This document shows, piece after piece, positions 1-9,469 of a stretch of 60,551 nt of DNA. Under the pieces are notes generated by a model. That model was not told where the DNA came from and made no database searches. It worked only from the letters and a program-made list of their open reading frames with translations. Position 1 is the first letter of the stretch; every line of letters starts with the position of its first letter. A program made the position numbers and the translations under genes. This DNA is from Patescibacteria group bacterium (GTDB taxonomy: Bacteria; Patescibacteriota; JAHJAL01): positions 1 through 60,551 of the forward strand of contig JBAZOB010000003.1 in NCBI GenBank assembly GCA_041648895.1, read 5' to 3'.

Positions 1-599
1 TTAACCCAGACGGATTGATATTCGCCGGGGTTGAGAGTGATATTTTCATCACTTTGTGAATAAAAAGAGGCATGGTATCCGTCTTGGTTGTCATATTGCA
101 GATTGTCTTCAGCGGTGTTTTGGCTGGCGCCGGTCACTTCAATTTTCCAGAATACTCCCCAGTCTTCCATCCAGGTAATACCGTCAGCGACGGGTTGAAA
201 ATATTCTTGGTAGACGCCGTTTTCATTGGGAGCTTTGAGATAAAATTCGAAGGTGCCATATCCACCCGGTTTGACCTCGGTCTCTTTTAAGTTAGTGGTT
301 CGGTTGGCTGAAATCCAAGTGTGTTTGTAAAAGTTGGAGGTGCGATCAAGGGCGTGAGAGGTACCAAGGCGGATAGGATGATCGCCGGAATTGTACCAAG
401 TGGCGGTACCGGTATTTTTGAATTTAACCCAAACGGTGGTTATTTCCTCGGGACTGAGGTTTAAGTAAGTAGATTGTGAGTGCCAACTGGCGTGATAGTG
501 GGTGGGGTCCAGATCTGAATTATTAATTTTGGTGGTGGCGTGGGCGGTCAGGGGTAAAACGAGTAACATTGACAGTAGGGCGCCAAGTATTTTTTTCAT
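1..599 (-). CDS. Exported protein, N-terminal part only (ORF runs off the window edge); signal peptide plus tandem Ig/NBR1-like repeats
   Basis: Absent from the ORF track because there is no stop in the window. Manual translation from ATG 599-597 gives MKKILGALLSMLLVLPLTAHATTKINNSDLDPTHYHASWH... A second repeat starts ...DGYHASFYSQSDENITLNPGEYQSVWV. No in-frame stops were found in the hand-checked segments. The antisense ORF 72..290 is judged spurious. Confidence 0.6.
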   Translation of the reverse strand, partial: MKKILGALLSMLLVLPLTAHATTKINNSDLDPTHYHASWHSQSTYLNLSPEEITTVWVKFKNTGTATWYNSGDHPIRLGTSHALDRTSNFYKHTWISANRTTNLKETEVKPGGYGTFEFYLKAPNENGVYQEYFQPVADGITWMEDWGVFWKIEVTGASQNTAEDNLQYDNQDGYHASFYSQSDENITLNPGEYQSVWV

Positions 600-654
600 A
601 ATGCTCCTTTAGGTAATATTATTATTTATTTAATTTTATATTTTAAATTTAAAA

Positions 655-981
655 TTATTTCTTTGGTTTTTTCGTGCTAACGTCGATGATTTTTTCTTCA
701 GTTTGGGGTGGTTGATAATATTTTTTCAAGACCGATTCGGGGGTAAGTTTAACAATAAGATATGCACAGCCGGTCAAGACGGCGGCATCATCGATACTTC
801 CTAAAACTGGGATATAGTCGGTGATAAAATCAAAAGGTAATATTAGATAAAGGATAAAGGCGGTGATGGGTAGAAGTTTGGCTAGCCAAGGTACCTCTTT
901 GTCAAAGAGTAATTTAATGGGTAGGGCTAGGCTTTCAAAAAATTGGATGAATTGTGGTTTGACGGGTGGGTGGGAATTCAT
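655..981 (-). CDS. DUF1232 (YkvA-like) small membrane protein
   Basis: Motif LILPFDFITDYIPVLGSIDDAAVL is typical of DUF1232. Hydrophobic helices are present. The stop abuts the upstream gene. Confidence 0.7.
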   Translation of the reverse strand: MNSHPPVKPQFIQFFESLALPIKLLFDKEVPWLAKLLPITAFILYLILPFDFITDYIPVLGSIDDAAVLTGCAYLIVKLTPESVLKKYYQPPQTEEKIIDVSTKKPKK

Positions 982-3761
982 TATTGGACGGTTAGATTGA
1001 TACTTTTTTGTTTGGAATTACCAGCGTTATCAAAAGCGATGACTACAATGTTATAGTTGCCACTACCGGGGTAGGTCCAGGTGGTGGAAAATATATTGTT
1101 GGTGTGCGAACTGACCGTTGAGTAGGGAGTGGAATTAATTTTGTATTCAACCCGGTTGATACCGGTTTGATCGTCGGTGGCGGTGGCTTGGATAATATAG
1201 GGGAAATTGCTGGAACCGAGAGTGCCACCATTGGTGGGCGAATTTATGGTTAAGCTGGGGGCGCTAGTATCGGGTGTATTGGAAATGTTGATATCGACTG
1301 AATCGGAGGCGGATAGATCAAAGTTATCAATTAAATTGACGGCAAGGTGATGTTGGCCGGAATTGACGGAAGAAACATCGTATATCAACGAATATGGTTC
1401 CAAAGAGGTTTGGCCAATGGATGTGCCATCAAAATAGAATTCAATGGTTTTGACCCCGCCCGGGGCGTTGACGGTGGTGCTAATGTTTAGAATGCTATTG
1501 ATGGTCGAATTTTCCCCGGGGTAGGTGATGTTGATACTCGGTTTAATGGCGTCAAGAGTACATTTTTCGGTGGGTGGGGGGGAAGAAAGATTGGCACCGG
1601 CGGCCCAACCTTGGACTGGTTTTTCCCAGTTAGGGTCGTCGGGCATTTCGGAATGAATGACGCGGTAAACTTTTTCTTCGGTTAAATTGGCCGGAATACT
1701 ATCGTCGGCTAGTAAACCGTTGGATTTGCAGACGCGATAAATAGTCACGTCGCTGGAATATTCAGTTGGCTGGTGCCAGGAGGCGCCGAGGTCAGTATTG
1801 GTTGGTGAACCGGTGACCGGCTTCTGATTGGAGTATTTATCGACGCTGATACTAACGATGCCGTCGGGTTTATCAAATTGTTCAATCGGGGTATTGTCGA
1901 GAAGGTAATGCATGTATTCATTCCAGATGGGAGCGGCAATGTAGACGCCGGTTTCCCCGTACATGGAGGTATTGTCATTATTACCTGTCCAGACGCCGGT
2001 TACTACCGATGGGGTGTATCCCAATGTCCAACCATCTCGAAATTCATCGGTGGTACCGGTTTTGGCAGCTACCGGACGGTCACCAAGTTGCAGGGGACTA
2101 GTGGAGCCAAAAGTGGGGGTGCGGGCGACATTGTCGGATAAAACGTTGGTGATTAGATAGGCAACTGGTTCGGGAAATATTTCTTTTTGATTTTGATTCT
2201 TTTGTTCTTCCGTCCATTCCTCCAGAATATTGTTATTGGCATCGGTGATTTTTAAAATGCTAGAAACCGGATTATATTTACCTTTATTGGCGAGGGTAGC
2301 GTAGGCGTTGGTTAGTTCAAGTAATTTGACTTCACCGCCACCCAATACTAGAGATAATCCATAGCGGTCCGGGTCGTTCAAGGATTCGATACCCATGTCG
2401 TTGGCTATTTTGATAGTTTTTTCCAGACTGACCAAAGCCAGCATTTTGACGGCGGGGATATTGAGGGAGTTTTGCAGGGCGGTGCGGATGGTGACTGGTC
2501 CACGAGTGGCTTTGTCATAGTTATCGGGGGCGTAACCGCCACCAAAATCGGTTTTTAAGTCATAGAGAGTACTGCCGGGAAACCATTTATCCATAAAGCC
2601 AATCGCGTAAACAAATGGTTTAAATGATGATCCGGGCTGACGTTTGGCAGTGGCCACGTTGACGTTACCGTCGTTGTCGGTATCCCAGTAGTTTCGGGAG
2701 CCGACCATTACTAATATTTGGCCGGTTTTGGGGTCAATGGAAACGAGGGCGGCATTGTTGGCGTTGAAGTTAATCGCGTTGGCGTCGGCATGGCGGGTGA
2801 GAATTTCCTGTGCTTTGTTTTGTTTATCTAAGTCGAGGGTGGTAATAATGGTTAAACCGCTTTCTTCGATTTCCTTTTGGGTATATTTTTGTTCCAGCTG
2901 TTCCAGGACATAGAAGACAAAATGTGGGGCCTGAATATTTTCCTGGCGACGTTTGAATTGAATTTGTTCGCTTAGGGCTTCGTCGAGCTGTTGTTGATCA
3001 ATATAGCCGAGCTCGTGCATCTGTCCCAGAATCCAGTGGTGACGCTGTGATAGTTCGTCGGTGTGATTACCGTAGGGCGAATAGTATGATGGGGCTTGAA
3101 TAATGGCGGCCAAAACCGCGCCTTCAGCGATGGTCAAATCTTGGACATTCTTGTCGAAATATATTTCGCTGGCCGCTTGGACACCGTAGGCGGTACTACC
3201 AAAAGGAATTTCGTTGAGGTATATCTGCAATATTTCTTCTTTGGAGAGGCGCTGTTCGATTTCGATGGATAGGATTAGCTCTTTGATTTTGCGGGTATAT
3301 GTCTTTTCACTGGTTAGCATGGTGTTTTTTACTAGTTGTTGGGTAATGGTGCTGGCACCCTCACCATAGATATCGCGGTTGAGTAGATTATTGAGGACAG
3401 CGCCCAGGAAACGGCGGGGATTAAAACCAATATGTTGGTAAAAATCGCGATCTTCGGTTGTGATCATGGCATCTTTGAGATGCTTGGGCATATCGTCGAT
3501 GGATACTAGAGTCCGTTGGATGTCACCGTGAACTTCATAGAGCAACTTTTCATTACGGTCGTATATTTTGGTAGATTGAGCTATTTGTCTTTCCTGCAGC
3601 TTGGAGGGATCGGGGAGTTCTGATGATAAACTATAAAAAAGAATGGAGGTGGCTAAAATGGTCAGAGAAAACAGAAATAAGGCAATTTGCCACACCCATT
3701 TGAAGACGCTTGATACAATCATATATTTTTTATTCATATGGTTAATATTATCAATTTTCAT
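981..3761 (-). CDS. Class A penicillin-binding protein (PBP1A-type transglycosylase/transpeptidase) with C-terminal Ig-like repeats
   Basis: N-terminal TM anchor. GT51 motifs EDRDFYQHIGF and GASTITQQL. Transpeptidase motifs SSFKP (SxxK), SLN (SxN) and KTGTT (KTG). About 250 aa of repeated beta-rich C-terminal domains. Confidence 0.9.
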   Translation of the reverse strand: MKIDNINHMNKKYMIVSSVFKWVWQIALFLFSLTILATSILFYSLSSELPDPSKLQERQIAQSTKIYDRNEKLLYEVHGDIQRTLVSIDDMPKHLKDAMITTEDRDFYQHIGFNPRRFLGAVLNNLLNRDIYGEGASTITQQLVKNTMLTSEKTYTRKIKELILSIEIEQRLSKEEILQIYLNEIPFGSTAYGVQAASEIYFDKNVQDLTIAEGAVLAAIIQAPSYYSPYGNHTDELSQRHHWILGQMHELGYIDQQQLDEALSEQIQFKRRQENIQAPHFVFYVLEQLEQKYTQKEIEESGLTIITTLDLDKQNKAQEILTRHADANAINFNANNAALVSIDPKTGQILVMVGSRNYWDTDNDGNVNVATAKRQPGSSFKPFVYAIGFMDKWFPGSTLYDLKTDFGGGYAPDNYDKATRGPVTIRTALQNSLNIPAVKMLALVSLEKTIKIANDMGIESLNDPDRYGLSLVLGGGEVKLLELTNAYATLANKGKYNPVSSILKITDANNNILEEWTEEQKNQNQKEIFPEPVAYLITNVLSDNVARTPTFGSTSPLQLGDRPVAAKTGTTDEFRDGWTLGYTPSVVTGVWTGNNDNTSMYGETGVYIAAPIWNEYMHYLLDNTPIEQFDKPDGIVSISVDKYSNQKPVTGSPTNTDLGASWHQPTEYSSDVTIYRVCKSNGLLADDSIPANLTEEKVYRVIHSEMPDDPNWEKPVQGWAAGANLSSPPPTEKCTLDAIKPSINITYPGENSTINSILNISTTVNAPGGVKTIEFYFDGTSIGQTSLEPYSLIYDVSSVNSGQHHLAVNLIDNFDLSASDSVDINISNTPDTSAPSLTINSPTNGGTLGSSNFPYIIQATATDDQTGINRVEYKINSTPYSTVSSHTNNIFSTTWTYPGSGNYNIVVIAFDNAGNSKQKSINLTVQ

Positions 3762-3796
3762 TATACTATAATATGTAACGGGAGGATATTAACTTT

Positions 3797-3979
3797 AATT
3801 ACAAATTACAAATGACTAATTGCATTAGCCATATATCATTTATTTTAATTATTGGCAGCAAATGTATTGCCGGTGGTGTTAATGTGGATCTGTCTAATAA
3901 TGGTAAGTTTTATGGCTAGCCATATAATTAAAATAAATGATATATGGCTAATGCAATTAGTCATTTGTAATTTGTAATT
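3797..3979. repeat. Nested palindromic element, copy A (conserved core 3830..3946 inside a copy-specific perfect outer stem)
   Basis: The outer arms aattacaaattacaaatgactaattgcattagc / gctaatgcaattagtcatttgtaatttgtaatt are perfect complements. The core is near-identical to those at 5263..5380 and 57907..58023. Confidence 0.85.
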
Positions 3980-3996
3980 TGTCATTAATTATTTTT

Positions 3997-5217
3997 ATGA
4001 AAAAAATATTAGAATTAAAAAAATGGGTGGGGGAGCGGGCGGAACAAATTATTGGTTGGGATGAACTGGAAAAAAAGATTAAAGCTGGTCAGAAAATAAA
4101 GATTAAATATGGCGCTGATCCCAGCAAACCGGATTTGCATTTGGGACACGCGGTGGAGCTGCGAGTCATGCGTAAATTTCAAGATCTCTTGGACGCCGAG
4201 GTCCAGTTTTTGATTGGTGATTTCACGGGCCGGATTGGCGATCCGAGTGGCAAGTCCAAGGCGAGGCAAGTTTTGGATCAAACCGAAGTGAAAGCCAATG
4301 CTTTGTCCTACGCAGCGGCGGTGTTTAGGATTTTGGATTCAGACAAAACGTCAATCTGGGCCAATGGTACCAAATTGCCTTTTGTGAAAGATTGCCAGGG
4401 AGGCTGGTGGGATGAGATGAAATTGAATGATTTTTTGTCCTTGTTGACATTGGTGACTCACGCTAAATTGATTGATCGGGATATGTTTCAGGAGCGGATC
4501 AAAAATGGACAAGAAATTTACATGCATGAAATGATGTATCCCATTTTGCAAGGCTATGATTCAGTCATGATGGAATCTGATTTGACAATTGTGGGGACGG
4601 ATCAATTGTTTAACGAATTGATGGGCCGATTTTTCCAGGAAAAATTTGATCAAATTCCGCAAGCCATTATTACGGTGCCGTTACTGTTGGGGACGGATGG
4701 GCATGAAAAAATGAGTAAGTCACTGGGAAATTATATTGGTTTAGAAGATAAACCGAGCCAGATGTATGGCAAGGCGATGTCAATTCCGGATGAGTTGATA
4801 GTTGGTTGGGCCAAATTGGCGACTGATCTGGATTATAAATTGTTAGCCAAAGAGTTGGATCAGGGTTCAAACCCGCGTGATATTAAAGCGCGGGTGGCTT
4901 CCGATATTGTGCGACTATATTATAATGAAGACGAGGCGGAAATAGCAGCGACGGAGTTTAATCGGGTTTTTTCACGAAACGAAGAACCGGAAGAGATGTT
5001 GGAAATTAAGTTTTTGTCTGGTCAATCGATCAATTTGCTTGATTGTTTAACTGATCATAAATTGGTGGCATCGAAAACTGATGGGCGGCGGATGATTGAG
5101 CAGGGGGCGGTGAAAATTGATGGCGACAAAATCCTGGATGTGAATTATTCATTTGTTCCAGTCGATAAGAGTGTGCTGCGGGTGGGGAAAAGGCGTTGGG
5201 CGAGGTTTGTTTTATAA
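3997..5217 (+). CDS. tyrS: Tyrosyl-tRNA synthetase
   Basis: HIGH-type motif DLHLGHAV, KMSKS present, GTDQ motif, C-terminal S4-like domain (DGRRMIEQGAVKIDG). The ORF-track start 3979 is TTG and lies inside the palindrome, so the first ATG at 3997 is preferred. Confidence 0.85.
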   Translation: MKKILELKKWVGERAEQIIGWDELEKKIKAGQKIKIKYGADPSKPDLHLGHAVELRVMRKFQDLLDAEVQFLIGDFTGRIGDPSGKSKARQVLDQTEVKANALSYAAAVFRILDSDKTSIWANGTKLPFVKDCQGGWWDEMKLNDFLSLLTLVTHAKLIDRDMFQERIKNGQEIYMHEMMYPILQGYDSVMMESDLTIVGTDQLFNELMGRFFQEKFDQIPQAIITVPLLLGTDGHEKMSKSLGNYIGLEDKPSQMYGKAMSIPDELIVGWAKLATDLDYKLLAKELDQGSNPRDIKARVASDIVRLYYNEDEAEIAATEFNRVFSRNEEPEEMLEIKFLSGQSINLLDCLTDHKLVASKTDGRRMIEQGAVKIDGDKILDVNYSFVPVDKSVLRVGKRRWARFVL

Positions 5218-5432
5218 TTACGAATGAAAAATTACAAATTACAAATAATGAATTGCATTGGTCATATATCATTTATTTTAATTAATGGCAGCAAATGTTT
5301 GGCCGGGTGGTGTGAATGTGGAACTGTCTAATAATGGTAAGTTTTATGGCTAGCCATATAATTAAAATAAATGATATATGACCAATGCAATTCATTATTT
5401 GTAATTTGTAATTTTTCATTCGTAATTATAAA
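5211..5432. repeat. Nested palindromic element, copy B (core 5263..5380)
   Basis: The 52-nt outer arms (tttataattacgaatgaaaaattacaaattacaaataatgaattgcattggt and its reverse complement) are perfect. The element spans from the tyrS stop codon to 4 nt before the argS ATG. Confidence 0.85.
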
Positions 5433-5435
5433 TAT

Positions 5436-7163
5436 ATGAATTATATTTGGTCAAAATTTAGAACCGAAGTAGTTGATTATTTAAAGAAACAAGGAATAGC
5501 GGAAGACAAAATGGTGTTGGAAACGCCGCCGGCGGGGGTGCGGGGTCATTTGGCTTTTGCTTGTCATGTTTTGGCGCGGGAATATAAAAAGAATCCGGCG
5601 AACATCGCGGCCGAAATTGCTGGTAATTTTGCCAATACTAATGGTGGTTTGGTTGGTGAAGTGGTCGCGACTGGTCCTTATGTTAATTTTCTGGTTGACG
5701 GCCGGGTATTTTTGCCTTTTTTACAAACCGAATTGGATGCTGGTAAAGATATGTACGGTAGTCTACCGGCGCAGGGACAAAAAATTGGGATTGAGTTCGT
5801 GCAACCTAATACCAATAAAGCGCTGAGTATTGGCCATGCTCGCAATGCTTCTTTGGGTTGGAGCATGAGTCAGGTGTTGAAATTTGCTGGTTATGAGGTG
5901 GTGCGGATCAACTTGTTTAATGATCGAGGGGTACATATATGTAAATCAATGTTGGCCTATCAGAAATGGGGTAATAATTCGACACCAGCCGATGAGGGTT
6001 TAAAACCGGATCACTTTGTTGGTAAATATTATGCCATGTTTACCCAAAAATCAGTGGCCGACGAGTCTTTGGAAAAAGAGGCGCAGGTCATGTTGAAAAA
6101 ATGGGAAGAAGGTGATAATGAGGTGCTGGCGTTATGGAAAAAAATGACTAAATGGTTTTATGAAGGCGTGGAAGAAACTTTTCGGCGTTATGGGATAGAA
6201 TATGATCAAATCTATTATGAGTCCGATTTGTATCAACATGGTAAAGAGATTATCGAAAAGGCTCTAAAAAAGGGTTATTGCTATCGTCTGGCGGATGGAG
6301 CGATTGAGGTGGATTTGGAAGCGAAACAATTGGGTAAAAAAATTCTCCAGCGTCGGGACGGCACTTCAGTCTATATCGTGCAGGATCTGTATTTAGCCAA
6401 AAAGAAATTTGCTGATTTGCAGCTAGATTGGTCAATATATGTAGTGGCCGATGAGCAGAAATATCATTTTGATGTTTTGTTTGAGTTGTTGGATAAATTT
6501 GAGATTGTTGATCGCGAGAAGAATTACCATTTGGCTTACGGCATGGTCAATCTGAAAAGTGGTAAAATGAGTTCCCGCCGCGGTACGGTGGTTAAAATGG
6601 ATGATCTATTGGATGAGTTGCATATTTTGGCCAAAGAACAGATTGCTATTCGGGAAGCTGATTTGCCGGCGATGGAATTAGACAAGCGAGCGGAGAAAAT
6701 CGCGCAGGCAGCGATGAAATATAATCTTTTAAATCAAGATAAGAATCGAGTGATTCTGTTTAATAAAGAGGAAGCGATTAAATTTGAGGGAGATACCGGA
6801 CCTTACTTATTGTATACCTATGCCCGGGTGATGAGCATCTGGCAGAAATCTGGTTTGGATGCCTGGCCGGCGGTGGATTGGAGTCAATTTGTTGGTAGTG
6901 ATGAGTATCTGGAAATTATGACCCAGCTGGCGCGTTTTAGTACCGTCATCAAAAAAGTAGCCGAAGAATATAATCCGGCTATTTTAGCTAAATATTTGTA
7001 TACTCTGGCCCAATTGTACAACAGTTACTATCACCACCGGCGAATTTTAGATGCCAAGGATGAGATTGATCGGCAATCTGGTTTGGTTTTGTCTTTGGCG
7101 GTGGCGCAGATTTTGCGGATTGGGCTTTCTTTGATGGGAATTGAAGTAGTGGAAAAGATGTAA
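5436..7163 (+). CDS. argS: Arginyl-tRNA synthetase
   Basis: PNTNKALSIGHARN (HIGH region), MSSRRG (KMSKS equivalent), and a C-terminal DALR-type anticodon-binding region. The length of 575 aa is typical. Confidence 0.9.
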   Translation: MNYIWSKFRTEVVDYLKKQGIAEDKMVLETPPAGVRGHLAFACHVLAREYKKNPANIAAEIAGNFANTNGGLVGEVVATGPYVNFLVDGRVFLPFLQTELDAGKDMYGSLPAQGQKIGIEFVQPNTNKALSIGHARNASLGWSMSQVLKFAGYEVVRINLFNDRGVHICKSMLAYQKWGNNSTPADEGLKPDHFVGKYYAMFTQKSVADESLEKEAQVMLKKWEEGDNEVLALWKKMTKWFYEGVEETFRRYGIEYDQIYYESDLYQHGKEIIEKALKKGYCYRLADGAIEVDLEAKQLGKKILQRRDGTSVYIVQDLYLAKKKFADLQLDWSIYVVADEQKYHFDVLFELLDKFEIVDREKNYHLAYGMVNLKSGKMSSRRGTVVKMDDLLDELHILAKEQIAIREADLPAMELDKRAEKIAQAAMKYNLLNQDKNRVILFNKEEAIKFEGDTGPYLLYTYARVMSIWQKSGLDAWPAVDWSQFVGSDEYLEIMTQLARFSTVIKKVAEEYNPAILAKYLYTLAQLYNSYYHHRRILDAKDEIDRQSGLVLSLAVAQILRIGLSLMGIEVVEKM

Positions 7164-9263
7164 TTATTTTATAATGACTGAATATATTTTGTTATCAGCC
7201 AAGAGGTAGATGGTGTTTATTTTTTCATTGACGACAAAATAGTCGATATCACCCAGGTTATCACCAACGACTTGCTGAATGTATGAACCATCATCTTTTT
7301 TAAATTGTAAAATACGTTTGTTGTTGGGATCAGAGATATAGATAAAGTCGGAGTCTTCGTCGGTATAAATATGATTGGGATTAGATAGGGTGCTATATGG
7401 TTCAGGCAGGCCGGATAATTTATATTCGGATGCTTCCCCTTTGATGAATTTAATTATATTGCCGTCCGATTTGAGAACATATATCGCGCCATCGATGGCG
7501 AGTGAGGTGGCGTTGGAGAGGTCCAGGGCGCCGGCATTGACAATGTAATCACTGGCGGTGGAATAACTGGTGCCACCCAAGGTGGAATATTTAAAGATTT
7601 GATTGGCGGCGGGAGATAAAAGGTAGAGGTTGTCATAGTAGGTGGCGAGGCTAACGGCTGGTTGCCAGGCTGAATCGAGGGTGGAAATATCGATCAGGGT
7701 ATTGCCGCTGGGGTCAAACTTTTGCATCAGTCCCTGGTGGTAAAAGATTAGATTGGTCGAGTTGTTGGCTAGTGAAGCATCAACGAAGTTGTTGATGTCA
7801 AAGCCGGTGATGTTGGTGATTTTACCACTGGTAAAATTGATGCTGGCGATATCGTGGGCAAAACTATAGAGATTGTCATCGATCCGGAAGAGGCCATGGT
7901 ATTTTTCTTCAGAAATACTGCTTAGATCGGCCAATGGCTCATTGGTGTTGAGGCGGGATATCTGGTCAACTCCGTCAAGTTTGGAATAGATATTATTGTT
8001 GAGGGAAGTTATTTCTTCACTAAAAAATGGCGATGACTCAATTGATGCCAATAGTTCAAGGGCTTCTGAATATTTACTTTTAGCCCCATTGTTGTCGCCA
8101 ACAATCATGGCATTGTCGGCCTGGCTGGCTAGATCATCGGCTTGGGTCAGAATATTGTCAACGGAATTCTTTTTGTTGTTTAAATTTTGGCGGTTGCGAA
8201 TATAGGTAATACTGAAACCTAAAATGATAATTAGAATAATAATGGCGCCGGCAATATAGTATTGTTTTTGGCCGGGTTTTTGGTTTATTTTTTGGAGCAA
8301 GTTGGTTTTGGTATCGAGGCGGCGCGGAGTTTTAGTTGGTTTGCCGTGTTTAATCACGGGGGCTTTTTTGGGTTTTCTTTGATTGTGATTATCCTGATTT
8401 TCTGTTTTGGGTTGGGAGCGAGCAGCGATTTTTTTGGTGATTTTGTTGATAGAAGCGCCAATTTGAGCAAAGAAATTTCTTGCTTGTTCAGTAATGACGG
8501 AGAATTTAGTGCCTTCATTCTTTTTATCTTGAAGAATAACTTCTTCGGGTTGGGGTTTGACTACTTCTTTGGCTAGTTTTTCTTCAGTGGTGGCTTCCAT
8601 CATAATCGTACCAATGCTGCGAATGTTTTCTTGAGCCAGGATACGGGCAATCTCCGCCACACAAGTGGTAGGATTGTGTTGGACTGCTAAACGGCGTAGG
8701 CGATCGAGAGAGATATTATTGAACAGTTGCTCGGTGGAAATGATAATGCGATCGCCAAGAATCATTTTGCCGCTGGAGATGTTAACAAAAGTGTTCAGTG
8801 GGTGTTTATCTTCATTTTTATCTGACAAGCCTTCGGTAATGTGGCTGATAATTTTATTTCTTATCAAAAAAGCCTCACAAGTTCCGGTTTGGGTGAGGTG
8901 AATATCGTGATTGCTGACGACGGCGATGACGGCGTTAAGGTTGTCTATCCAATGAGAATTACCTTGTTCGGCAGCTTCGGCCAAACTTTCATTGACGTAG
9001 CGGAGAGCAATTTCTAAAGAAGTGAGTGGATCATCGAGATTCTTGTAGTAATTTTTGATAGTCGCTTCAACGATGGTATCAAATATTTTTTGGGAATCTT
9101 TTTGGGGGTGATGAATATCGAGGACGAAGAATAAACAACCATGGTTTTTTTGGGAGGTCTTACTGGGAACATAATGTTCAACATGAGTTAGGTGGTCCTG
9201 TCCGGATAACTTACTATAAAGTTTACCGATGCGAACAGTTTTATGTTCTGGTTGCTTTTTCAT
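7164..9263 (-). CDS. Membrane protein with a cytoplasmic PP2C/SpoIIE-like (degenerate) N-domain, one TM, and an extracytoplasmic beta-propeller-like C-domain
   Basis: The N-terminal segment (LNAVIAVVSNHDIHLTQTGTCEAFLIRN...GDRIIISTEQLF) resembles the PP2C fold. A K/R-rich linker is followed by a TM helix (YYIAGAIIILIIILGFSITYI). The C-terminal ~330 aa are repetitive and beta-rich. The call is tentative. Confidence 0.4.
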   Translation of the reverse strand: MKKQPEHKTVRIGKLYSKLSGQDHLTHVEHYVPSKTSQKNHGCLFFVLDIHHPQKDSQKIFDTIVEATIKNYYKNLDDPLTSLEIALRYVNESLAEAAEQGNSHWIDNLNAVIAVVSNHDIHLTQTGTCEAFLIRNKIISHITEGLSDKNEDKHPLNTFVNISSGKMILGDRIIISTEQLFNNISLDRLRRLAVQHNPTTCVAEIARILAQENIRSIGTIMMEATTEEKLAKEVVKPQPEEVILQDKKNEGTKFSVITEQARNFFAQIGASINKITKKIAARSQPKTENQDNHNQRKPKKAPVIKHGKPTKTPRRLDTKTNLLQKINQKPGQKQYYIAGAIIILIIILGFSITYIRNRQNLNNKKNSVDNILTQADDLASQADNAMIVGDNNGAKSKYSEALELLASIESSPFFSEEITSLNNNIYSKLDGVDQISRLNTNEPLADLSSISEEKYHGLFRIDDNLYSFAHDIASINFTSGKITNITGFDINNFVDASLANNSTNLIFYHQGLMQKFDPSGNTLIDISTLDSAWQPAVSLATYYDNLYLLSPAANQIFKYSTLGGTSYSTASDYIVNAGALDLSNATSLAIDGAIYVLKSDGNIIKFIKGEASEYKLSGLPEPYSTLSNPNHIYTDEDSDFIYISDPNNKRILQFKKDDGSYIQQVVGDNLGDIDYFVVNEKINTIYLLADNKIYSVIIK

Positions 9264-9378
9264 ATTCGAACAGCCCTCGTTGGTAGTATAAAATTATACA
9301 TTATAATTATATACATAAAACAACATAAAAGTTAAAGGTTAGCTAGATAATATTTTTACGCATGTGTTAATAATGGAC

Positions 9379-9469
9379 AAATAAATTATGAATTATAAAT
9401 GACAATATTGTAGGGGCGGGTTTGAAACCCGCCCCTACAATATTGTCATTTATAATTCATAATTTATTT
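9379..9469. repeat. 91-nt perfect palindrome: GC-rich hairpin tgtaggggcgggtttgaaacccgcccctaca nested in AT-rich arms
   Basis: The arms aaataaattatgaattataaatgacaatat and its complement are perfect. It overlaps the mutM stop codon and likely acts as a terminator for mutM. Confidence 0.85.

Noticed and set aside
3811-3918. Small peptide encoded in the conserved core (copy A reads MTNCISHISFILIIGSKCIAGGVNVDLSNNGKFYG*)
   Set aside because: Copy B has a 1-nt insertion that changes the frame and the C-terminus (…CLAGWCECGTV*). Copy C has no start codon in that frame, with a TGA upstream. Conservation is therefore at the nucleotide or structure level, not the protein level.
3921-3930. Outward promoter carried by the core (a perfect TATAAT in ccatataattaaaa in all three copies)
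   Set aside because: No convincing -35 hexamer lies 16-18 nt upstream. In copy C it would drive antisense to the pduO-like gene. This is left as an untested possibility only.
3797-5432. T-box riboswitch leaders upstream of tyrS and argS
   Set aside because: The elements are near-perfect long hairpins. They lack the T-box consensus (only a GGTGGTG fragment is present) and have no specifier/antiterminator layout. The third copy (57868..58062) is not upstream of an aminoacyl-tRNA synthetase.
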